Assembly: GCF_000281045.1 (NCBI RefSeq)
Contig: NW_008246100.1
Coordinates: forward strand, 339,013 to 388,221
DNA length: 49,209 nucleotides
Direction: 5' to 3'
From: Saprolegnia diclina VS20
Lineage: Eukaryota
A model generated the notes under the pieces. That model saw nothing but the letters and a program-made list of their open reading frames with translations, searched no databases and was not told where the DNA came from. Each line of letters starts with the position of its first letter. Positions within the stretch are counted from its first letter, which is position 1. Shown one piece after another: positions 9,806 through 19,794 of the stretch. A program made the position numbers and the translations under genes.

Positions 9806-12800
9806 ATGTCCTTTCTGTCCGTAGGGCTCTCGATGCGCAGCGATGATGACGATAGCTGGCTGCGTACGACGACCATCCTTGTCTCGCCCTGCGTGTTTGG
9901 CTCAATGGCGCTGTAGAGGGCGGTGGTTCGAACCCCGGGTCGCCGCTCAGCGCCTCGCGCAACTTTGATCCGGGTACGCACGACAATGGCTCTTGTCAGT
10001 AGCAACATGGCGCATGCAGAGTTTGACATCATGGACATTCTGGACTCGCGCGCGCCCGCGTTCGAGGTACACATGTCGACCCGTCTCGATCTCAGCTGGT
10101 GTAGTCGCCGGCCAAGGCGTCACTCACGCGCAAGTCGTCCGCCGCCTCCATGCACCGCTCCGCGTCGAGTAGCGGTCGCGAGGTAGAAGGTTTGTTTCGA
10201 GACTGCAGGCTGCAGCGGTGGCGAATCTAGGACACGCGGTCGCAGCAGTCGTCGTCGCCAACGTTCAACGACGACGATAACGACGACGACGATGGGACGT
10301 CGTTCAACTGGTCGATGAGCCCACCGCCGAGAAGCGTGGCCTCTGAAACGCTGTACCACGACATACAGACGGCGGTGGACGCCGTCGTTGACCGCCTGGC
10401 CCAAGAGTCACCGACACCGTATGATGAAGTCTCGCCCACGCACAAAACCGAAGTGCGCGCAAAGGACGAGGCGCCTGAGGTCGCGGATGGCAACGGCGAT
10501 CTGCTGCTCATCATGGAGGTCGTGATTGGCGACGGGCGCACCGAGAACATTCATATCCACCGCCACGACCGCGCCGACGCATTGGCCACGTCCTTTGCCC
10601 GTACATACGGCCTTGGAGACGGCGTCATTCCGACGCTCATTGAGCACATTAGCCAGCAAGTCGCCTCCATGGGCTTGTCGCTTGCGCCGACGACAGTCAC
10701 GGCGACGCCCCATCCTATCGTAGAAGACAAGGAAGCGCAGTACCTCGCCATGATGGACAAGTACGCCGCGTTGCAGCGCCGTAGCAAAGACGCACCGGCG
10801 GTCGCGGCGACGGCGTTCAACCAGCTCAAGCCCTCGAAACTCAAAGCGTCGAAAACCGCCAAGTCGACGCCGGCGGCTTGCGAGCGGCTTCATGCCCTCG
10901 CGCGCACGCGCAGTGAATGGCGCGCGCGGGAGCTCAAGCGCAAGGAGGACGACGTCACCCGCGAGATCGAGTCCCGCAAGCTACGCCTCGCTGAAAAGTC
11001 CAAAGCGCTGGTCGCGAACCGCACCAACGGCGGCCACCGGTCGATTGGGGATCGGCTCCACAGCGAAGCGCTTTCGGAGGCCGCGCGCCGGGACAAGATG
11101 GCGGAGACGCGGCGGCGGGAGAAGGAGGCGCAGATCGACTGGATGTGCCCGAAATGCGCGCACTTCAACAAGTTTGCCGACAAGACGTGTCAAAACCGAA
11201 CGCTCAAAGCCGGTGCTGCGACGCGCAAGGCCAGCAGCCACAAGCCAAAAGGCGTTTGCGGCATGGCCAAACCGATGCTCTTCACGCCGACGTTGCTCTC
11301 GACCGGTCCGTCCAAGAAGGCCGAGGACACGGAGCAGCTGCTCGTGCGGCGACAAAAGCACCAAGAAATGGCCCAAGCACTGTACAATACGACCCACACG
11401 TTTGCACCGCAGCTCAACCCGAACTCACAAGACATTGTGCGGGAGAAGCGCGGCGAGACGCACGACGCGTACGCCGCCTTATACGACGACGCGGCCACCC
11501 GGCGCCAAAAGCAAACCGAGAAGGAAGCCGCGTACATCGCATCGATTCCGTTCAAGCCCGACATTGGCCTGCACACGCAAGGCGGTGGTGACTGGGTCGA
11601 GCGCCTCGCAGTCACCGACAAGACGGACGCCAAGCGGCGAGACTTGCTCGAGAAGTACGGAGCTGCGAACGACCCGGTGACCGGGCGCGCGCTCTTCAAG
11701 CCAGACATCGGGCGGCCACCCCAGTTTCCGCGCAACGACACAAAGCTCCCGATTGGCGAGTTCTTGTACGAGTCGCGGCACGAAGTCCGCGCGCTTCGGG
11801 CGACACTCGAGGCGGAATCCGACAAGCGGCGCAAAGCCCGGCAGACCCAAAGCTTTCTCTCGTCCACGTCCAAAGCCATGTTGGAGGCGCGCAAGGCCAA
11901 GAGCTACGACGTCGTTTACGGGCTCTTGCAAGTGGCGTGCGGCCAGCCAAGTGACGCACCCGTCTTCGATCCGGCCAAGCTCCCAATCGATGCGCTGCCA
12001 CCCGACTTGAGCCACATTGCACTGAGCCTCTTTGACGTCTGTGGGTTTGAGAGCATACCCAAAGCTGAGTTTTACAACCGGATGGAAACGACGCTCGCGC
12101 AGTCGCCGGGGTTGACACACACACAAGTGCTCTTCTTCAGCGACAAACCGCCGGCAAAGCCAACGGCCGCGCTGGCGGCCGCTGCCGAGGCCAAAGAGCT
12201 CACGTTTCGACCGAAAATCAACCCAACCTCGAGTACGATCGAGCGTCGGCAAAAGGATATGAGTGTCTTTGACGCTCTGCACCAATATCAAAAGACGTAC
12301 GAAGCGAAACGCAAGGCCAAGCAAGCGCAGATGGACGAGGTGCTCACGAAGGCGTGTCCGTTCACCCCAACGCTTGTCGCGAAGGGGTCGCACCTCGACA
12401 ACATGTACGACAACCTCCCGGACGACGACAGCTTTGACGACGATGATGCGGTTATTCTCCAAACCTCCAAGCCCCTCGCGCGCCCGTATGTGCGGCCGCT
12501 CGACGAAGAGTGGCCCGTCGAAGAGCCGCTGCTGCCCGTGAACCGGTCGCCCGTAGGCCCAACGCGACCTCAGCTTCTCATGTTTGGCGAGACGCCGCCT
12601 CTTGAGAAGGCGACAGTGTTCGAGCCGAGGGCATTCACGCTCCAGCAACCGAATGTCGAGGACCATCCTGCCGATGATGAGGACGTGATGAACGAGGAGA
12701 ACGACGACGAGGAGGATGTAGCAACCGAGATGGCTGTGCACCCGATTCCATCGCCGGCGCGCTGGGCGGAGCGAGTCGCACTCTTGGGCCCGATTCCCGA

Positions 12801-12996
12801 AGAGAAACTGCGCAAGGCGTCGCCGATGCAGCTGCTCTTTGGGCGTCCGACAAAGTTGCCAACCGACAATGATGATGACCAGGGCGAAGAGGATGGTGGC
12901 GATGTCGGTCCTATGACGACCAAGGACACAAGTCTGCGACCGCCCAACGAGCTCCCTCTGGAGGCGACACCCCCAGAGGCGTCAGAGTGCTTTTGA
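9806..12996 (+). CDS. About 1001-aa coiled-coil protein with F-x-P-x-I/L repeats and a split RanBP2-like Zn finger; possibly cytoskeleton-associated
   Basis: Exons 9806-9863, 9917-9973, 10020-10066, 10105-10182 and 10231-12996 join in frame (alternative ATG at 9833). Repeats TFAPQLN, PFKPDIG, LFKPDIG, TFRPKIN, PFTPTL. Confidence 0.75.
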
Positions 12997-13327
12997 AATG
13001 AAGTCAAGTCGATTGTCTTCGTCTTGAGCGATTAAGCTATTAAGAGGTGGTACTACGTGCATCTGTGCAGACAAAAGCTATTTGGTGTGGAAATACTTAA
13101 GTGTACATTTCGAATGATTCTCAAATTTCCCTTTACTAATACTAGTATAGCACAACTAAGCTCATCATGTTGGGTGTTGGGTGTTGTTTGGTTGTTGACC
13201 AGGACTTGCGAATGATGGTCGAATGACGGTGTGTACTTGGCTACGGCAATTCACTTCTTTTCGGGACCAATCACAGCGTGGGATTTCATCGCCGGATACG
13301 GCCAGTTTGCTTTTGACAGCGAGAAGA

Positions 13328-16132
13328 ATGTGGGCGACGCTCGAGCAAGGCTACACTGCACTGACGTCAACCGAGTCGGCGACTGCCAAGACGCTGCGCT
13401 ACGCGTGCGAAGCGGGCGACGCCGAAGCGGTGCGCCGCCTTCTCGTGCAGGCGAGCCCTTCGGATATCACGGCGGCGGACCCGAGCGTACACGTTGACGC
13501 CTCGATATCTGCGCTCACCAAAGCCTGTATTAGACGGGCCGCATGGGCCTGCACCTCGCCAGCATGAACGGATACGAGCGTGTACTCTCGGCGCTGCTGC
13601 CGTTTCTCGACGACATTAACCAGCGCGACGATGTACGACCTTTGCCCACGGCGTCGAAACGACCCTGTCGCTGCTGTAGAAAGGGTGCACGGGCCTCCAT
13701 CTCGCCCTCCAGCACGGTAGAGATGACGTGGCGAAGATGCTTCTGCGCCATGTTGCGGCCGATGTCAACGCCGCCGACAACGTACATTGTCTTCTTGGAT
13801 CGGTCATCGGAACCGATCTATGTTAGTTGGGCGAGACACCACTCATGCTCGCGTGCGCCACAGGCAAAGCGGACTTCGTGAGCGCTCTTTTAGCGTGTCC
13901 GTACGTGGAAATTCTCCGCCAAAACAAGGTGCCTCTATATAACGTTAGCAACCACTCACATGGTGCGTGCGTAGGCGGGCGATACGGCGTTGCACGCGGC
14001 CGCCCGCGCCGGTCGTGCCAACTGCCTTCGACTGCTCGTGCGCGCATCGGGTCTCACGGACGTCAACTGCCCGAATCCGGTTTATCATCCGAGACGTTTC
14101 CATCTCGTTCGGATCATGCTTGTGGCGTAGGTGAATGGCGAGACGGCGCTCATGGCTGCGCACGCTTCGCACTACGCGACACGAGCGCTCCTGAGCCACC
14201 CATCGATCGACATCAACCGCACTGACAATGTCCATACGATCTGCTTGCGCGAATCACTTAGGGTATGTTTGTAGAATGGCAACACGGCATATATGGTTGC
14301 TTGCTCCCACGACAACATGGAGACGCTCCAAGAACTCGTCCGCGCGCCCGGCCTCGACATGAACCGCACCAACCACGTAGCGACATTGACGGTTGGTGAC
14401 AGTGCATTTACGGAAGCATAGAATGGCCTTACGGCGTATGCGCTGGCCTGCCAAGCAGAGAACCCGATGCTGGCGGCTTACCTCTTGCAGTTGCCGGGCA
14501 TCGACGAGCGCCACGTCCCGACGGCCGTACGTCCTCTTTGCTCGACAGCAATACCACCACCTTTGCACATAGGGCGGACACATTGCGCTGGCGGTGGCGA
14601 GTGCGTTGCACCGTGTCGAGTCGGTCCGAGCGCTGCTGGCGTCGCCCGCGATCAACCCCAACTACTGCGATGCAGTACGCAGACTCTTCTAGTCGTTCGT
14701 TGTGTGGACACCTGCGGGATCTAGAGTGGCATGACTGTCTTGCTCCAGCTGTGTTTGAACTCGGGCAGTGAAGAGATTGCCAGTCTCCTTCTCGCAATCC
14801 CAACCATCGATACCAATGTTCGGGACAAGGTAGACTGCAATAGGTATCTCCGTACTGAGTGAACGGTCCGTCCTAGCATGGCAACTCGTGCTTGACGCTG
14901 GCGGCACAGCAAGGCCACGCGGGTCTCGTCTCACTGCTGCTCGGCCACGGGGCGTTTGACGTCAATCATACCAACAAGGTGCACGCATCCATCATATCCT
15001 GATAACCTGATACTCTGATATATTGATATTTTGAAATGCTAAATTTCTGAGATGTTGACTATTGTAGGACGGTCTCTCGGCGCTCATGATTGCGTGCGTT
15101 TCCAAAGACGCCGCGATCGCGTCGCTCTTGCTGCAAATGCCAGCGATTGACCTCGCTCTGCGCGAGAAGCGCGTACGTGATGACGCACGATGACGCGTCC
15201 AAGAACGACCAATCAGTCTTTTGTGTTGTAGACTCAGCGCACGGCTCTCATGCTGGCCAGCGTCCACAACGCCGGCGCCATCACAGCCTTGCTGCTTGCG
15301 CACCCGCGCCTTTTGGACCGGAATGCAGCCGACATTGTAGTTCATTGAGTGCATGGACGGGAGGGGACAGATGCTGCGTAGACCCAGTCGACCGCGCTCG
15401 TTTTGGCCGCGCAGCACAACGCACGCGACGTGGTCAAGGCGTTTGCATCGGCCAGCACCGCCGTCGATTTTGCTGCTGTCAATTCTGTCCGCTTCTTCGA
15501 TGACGGCATCCGACGATATTCATTCGGAGGATCTCTAGGCTGGCGACTCGGCATTTCGCGTTGCCGTGGTTCACGGCTACATCGATGTGGCGCGCGACCT
15601 TTTGCCGTTTATTGACGTCAACGCCCCGCACCCGACGGTATTTTTCGTTTTTTTGCAGGAAATAACGTCGTGTGCTCGATAGACGGGGCAGACAGCGCTT
15701 ATGCTCGCGTGCGCGCAGCCGTTCCCGCGCACGATCAAGCTGCTCGTAGCGACGCCCGGCATTGCCATCAATGCGCTCGACCAGGTACGCGATATGGCTC
15801 TGTTCGTCTCGCTGAGCGACGAGGTCCTAGGCGGGAGAGTCGGCGCTGCTTGTGGCCTGTCGCTGGAACAACGTACCCGCTTTGCAGCTCCTCTGCGCAC
15901 TGCCGTCGTTGGACCTCTTTGTGTGCAGCAAGGTTGGCTTCTCCGTTGTGGCACTGGTGTATGATTTGGTGGTCCGTAGACAAAGGCGCATGCGTTGGAG
16001 ATTGCGGCGGCACAGGACGATCCGCAAGTGGCCGCGACGCTCTTCCATTGCCTCTTTACGATGCACATGCATCTTGCTCTTCCGCGCGAGCTCGCCGAGA
16101 TGATGGCGACCTTTTATGGTCCCCGATGCTAG
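13328..16132 (+). CDS. Ankyrin-repeat protein A, 18 exons (one repeat per exon), about 650 aa
   Basis: Exons 13328-13486, 13534-13632, 13680-13781, 13827-13928, 13975-14079, 14131-14229, 14275-14376, 14422-14526, 14573-14674, 14725-14829, 14877-14978, 15068-15172, 15232-15336, 15382-15486, 15539-15637, 15683-15784, 15831-15932, 15980-16132. All introns are GT-AG, phase 0; the exons carry the G-x-T-A/P-L-H/M..LL..D-V-N consensus. Confidence 0.88.
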
Positions 16133-16617
16133 TGAAAGCTATCACCAAGATTTCAACCGGTTGGGATATTTGAAACGTCCAGCGCCGATTTCGTTGCCGT
16201 CGCGACCGCTAATCGCTCGGCTTCATAATGGCTTTGTTCACTGTAGAAGAGACTCGAGATGCGAGTAGGCTGAGTGGTTCAGACTGTAGGAAGCGTAGTT
16301 TGCGCGGATATTGGGCCCTATATGCTACACCGTCGTCAACAGCCGTGCATCTTTGTGAAATACGATGGATCTCGACCAACTGAGCCACACATTGTGCACA
16401 GATGACCTATCGTCAAACCTGCATATCAAACATTTTACTAGTGTATCACTTTTATAGTTGGATTCGGCTACACGCATCTCCAACACCGACTTCTTACATC
16501 GCAAAGTGCAGTCGAAAGACCTACTTGGTCACAATACGACTAGAATCCTCCACGATGCAACGTAATTGAAGATCGCCGACTCGCGCTAGAAAAGACAGTT
16601 GGCATATTAACCTCGCA

Positions 16618-18444
16618 CTAGTAGTCGGAAGCCATCGCCCACTTGGCGCGCCGGGCGGCTTGATGGGCCTCCTCGACGGCAGCGACGGCGTCAGGCGTCA
16701 CGGCCTGCTCAAGTACGTGCTGCAGATACGCTTTGAGGGTCGCATCGGTCACCTTCTGGAGCCACGCAAGCAGCTTCTCCACGTACTTGGTGGCGTCGAC
16801 CCAGACAAAATGCACGAAGAGCGTCGCGAGGCCCCAGTCCGCAATGCCCGACTTGAAGAGCACCCGTTGCTGCATGCCCCGAACCTCTGGTTGAAGGTAC
16901 GACGTGGTCGCGCCGCGCTCCAGAAGCGCTTCCGTGAGAGCCTCGATCTCGGTGCCGGCGTGGATGTAGCGGCAGTTGGCCGCCGTCGCCTGAGCGATCA
17001 TCTCAGCCTTGAGCAGCAGCAGCGGCGACTTGGTAAAGTAGCGCACCTCCTTGTCGATCCAGTCGACGAGGAAGATGAGGTTGTCGATCGGGTCGTTCGG
17101 GTGCAGACAGTACGGCAGAATAATCTTCATCATCTCAAAGCTGCGACGGTGGATGTTCTCGACAGCGACAGTCCGAGGCTGCCCGACGCCAGCTTCCAGG
17201 AGGAGCGTAAGGGCTTTGGGCGACTTGTTGTTGCATACAACAACCTCGAGCAAGTAGTCGTGGCGCAGCTCTGGCTGACGCGTCCAGAGCTCCGAGACCA
17301 AGTCCAAGTCTTCGTCCCACAGCGCTTGCTGGATTTCATCCAGGCCACAGAACTTGAACGGGAAACTTGGGGCCGCAACGTTGGTTGTCTCTGGCGCGTG
17401 TTGGAAGTAGAACTCAGCGATTTCCTTATTGCTAAAGTAGAAATCTTTTGCCCACGAGGATGGCAGCGCGACGCCTTGCGCGACGTAGAGCTGCATGAGC
17501 ACGAGGGCACCTGGGTCGCGCACCACCAGCCGAAAGCTACCGCTCGACGGAAGGGGGTAGCCCGCCGCGACAAGGCGCAGGACGATCTCCATGTGACCGT
17601 GATCAAAGGCTCCTTGCGGGGCACCGTCCCGGCTTCCCCCTTCGCGTCGGTGCGTCAAGAGGTAGTCCACGACGTCGAGGTGCCCGTTCTTTGCGGCTTC
17701 GTCGATGGCGGCAGTCGTGCACGCAAAACACCCGAGCTCGTCCAGATAGATGACGATGTCCAGATGGCCTTTGGCGGCCGCGGTGTCCAAAATGTCCAAA
17801 ATGTCGGACGACGCGCCCTCGTCACGGTGCGCCACGAGAAACCGAACGACACCAAGATGGCCCTCGACCACCGCTCCACGGAGCGCAGCCGTCGTGCAGT
17901 TCTCGGCTCTCTTCTCGTGCAAGAAGGCAACGACGTCAAGATGGCCGTTGGTCGCAGCCCAGACCAACGCCTCGGCTGTGCAGCCTTCACTTCTCTTCTC
18001 GTGTAAGAAGGTGACGACTTCGAGGTGGCCGTTGGCGGCAGCCCGATCCATGGCCTCCGTCGTGCAGCCTTCAGCTCTCTTCTCGTGTAAGAAGATAACG
18101 ACGTCGAGGTGGCCGTTGGCAGCGGCGTTGTCCATGGCTTCGGTCGTGCAGCCTTCAGCTCTCTTCTCGTGTAAGAAGATGACGACGTCGAGGTGGCCGT
18201 TGGCAGCGGCGTCGTCCATGGCTTCGGCTGTGCAGTCGAGTCCGCGAGCGTGCAATGCCTCGACCAAAGACAACTGGCCTTGCCCCGCCACCGCGTCAAA
18301 GAGGCCATGAAGCGCCGACGTCGGTAGGTGCTCGATCAAAAACCCAAGTGCGTCAAACGCTTTGAGCTCAAGCGCTGTACGGGCGAGATCGTCGCTATCC
18401 CAATCGCGCTGCCGATGCGCCCAAAGCAGCGCCAAAATGGACAC
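16618..18444 (-). pseudogene. Intronless ankyrin-like repeat protein (CTxxAMDxAAxNGHLxVV family), apparently 5'-truncated
   Basis: Open frame of 608 codons or more with CTTEAMDNAAANGHLDVVIFLHEKRAEG repeats. There is no ATG between the upstream in-frame stop (18559-18561) and residue ~76, and no YAG acceptor in 18445-18558. It could still be expressed from an internal Met. Confidence 0.6.
17894..18235. repeat. 84-bp tandem repeat x4 (28-aa ankyrin-like unit)
   Basis: gtgcag recurs at 17894, 17978, 18062, 18146 and 18230 (period 84), and the intervening units are highly similar. Confidence 0.9.
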
Positions 18445-18723
18445 GTTGTTCTCGTAGAGCGTCGAGCGGCAAGAAGGCAGCCAGTCGTCGAGAAGCCGCG
18501 ACGGCCGGCCTTGGCACTCGTCTTCAAAGTTGGGGGGGTGAGTTTCGGTTTTTATCGCTCAATGGCGGGGCGCGTCAAACACCACGACCAAGGCGCATGT
18601 GCAGCGCAAGATGACCAAGAAGGCTGCCACCAAGCTGCCACCAAGAAGGCTGCTGCCACGACGCCGCCCACACCACCTCCAGCGGTCACGACGCCAGACG
18701 CGGTGTCCAAGGCCGCAACGGTG

Positions 18724-19239
18724 TCCAACGCCAACCATGTTTTGTTTTGCCTCGAAACCGCGCTCCAAGGAACGCTATCCCGCAGTGGTTGTTGGAAGCT
18801 GAATCCAATCGGGAGCACGACTGGCGAGGACCTTGGAAAATTGCACCACGTAGATTCACCACGACTTGGACACACGGAGAGCACCTTCTGTCTCGTGGTG
18901 CCCGCCCTCGCTGGCGAGGAAGTACAGCGGTACGGCGACCTTCTTGGCGAAGGAATACGTGGACTTGCGGAACTTGTAGTCGCTCGTGTAGACGCGGAGG
19001 GCGGACACAAGAGCTCGAAACGTGGCTTGGGAGCAGCAGCTGGCTTGGGAGCAGCGGAGGTTGTTGATGAACCACTGGTTGTAGCGAGGATCGGGAATCA
19101 TGTCATCGAACTCGACCTCTATTGCGGTTAGAATGTTGAATTTGTCCTCGCGCATGACGTCATGAGCCACAGCAAGCGCAGCTCCAGCACAGGCCACATG
19201 TGCCACCCCCACCGACGCAAAACGATGCGTGCGGTCCAT
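18724..19239 (-). mobile_element. Degenerate PIF/Harbinger-type transposase relic (N-terminal HTH half; catalytic DDE part missing)
   Basis: One frame reads WFINNLRCSQ..ATFRALV..SFAKKVAVPLYFLASEGGHHETEGALRVSKSW*IYVVQFSKVLASRAPDWIQLPTTTAG*RSLERGFEAKQNMVGVG. This matches the HARBI1-like pattern (FRM..F..L / LY.LA.G..Y....FGVSKS / I.FP....W......F....GFP.VVGAIDG). Stops are at 18856-18858 and 18775-18777, with an 18-bp tandem duplication at 19023-19055. Confidence 0.7.
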
Positions 19240-19606
19240 TCGCAGTCCAAGAGTGAGTTGACTCGCAAATGTGCGTTCGCAAACCAGGCAAATTTTGGCC
19301 AACGTCAAAGGCTACCGGATAATTTTATCCGTAAGGTTCGGCAGCTGCACGTTTGTAAAAAGAGCCAACTCGAGTTGAAGTGAACGTTTGGAGACCAGCG
19401 CCTCAGCTCAGTCGCCCATATGAAATGCACACCTAGCTGGAAACTGGAAATGCAGCAAACCTTTTTTACATTTAGTGTCGGCCAAGGCGACTCTGACTAA
19501 ATCTCGAGGTTAACCAGACTATCAGACTATCACCACTTGGACTAGAACTTGGACGGTTGTAAGTTGCACAAACACAAAGTTTAGTCGGCGTGGGAGGCTC
19601 CCAACA

Positions 19607-19653
19607 ACGCGGATACTCTGTCAGATACTCTGTCAGATACTCTGTATCCGCGT
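19607..19653. repeat. 12-bp tandem repeat (gatactctgtca, about 2.8 copies) bounded by a 10-bp perfect inverted repeat
   Basis: acgcggatac (19607-19616) and gtatccgcgt (19644-19653). Confidence 0.85.
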
Positions 19654-19749
19654 CGTGGGACAAGAATCATTCTTTTCGACCAATCAGAGGAGAGATGACA
19701 CCATGTGTTGTTCGGATGAGTTGTCGGGTTGTGGTTCTCCAACTGCGTT

Positions 19750-19766
19750 TCATTTGGCGATTTTGC
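19750..19766 (+). promoter_or_regulatory. Oomycete INR+FPR-like core promoter of ankyrin gene B
   Basis: TCATTTGGCGATTTTGC begins 45 nt before ATG 19795; a CCAAT box lies near 19681. Confidence 0.55.
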
Positions 19767-19794
19767 ACTTGGGGTCCACAGAGTCTTGATCAAC

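Noticed and set aside
9898..9935. Pol III A-box (TGGCTCAATGG) and B-box (GGTTCGAACCC) look-alikes suggesting a tRNA or SINE
   Set aside because: The boxes are only 27 nt apart, leaving no room for an anticodon arm. The T and acceptor stems do not pair, and the B-box lies in an in-frame coding exon.
13534..15932. About 150-bp periodicity resembling a repeat-spacer (CRISPR-like) array
   Set aside because: The units are not conserved at DNA level. The period is a ~102-nt exon plus a ~46-nt GT-AG intron, the context is eukaryotic, and there are no cas genes.
16660..18006. 448-aa plus-strand ORF; similarly 11479-12741, 29420-30286 and 34836-35429
   Set aside because: Antisense shadows of real genes caused by codon bias.
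18500..19495. Possible Harbinger TIRs (ggccttggc near 18507 versus gccaaggc near 19481)
   Set aside because: Only about 8 bp match and no TWA target-site duplication is evident.
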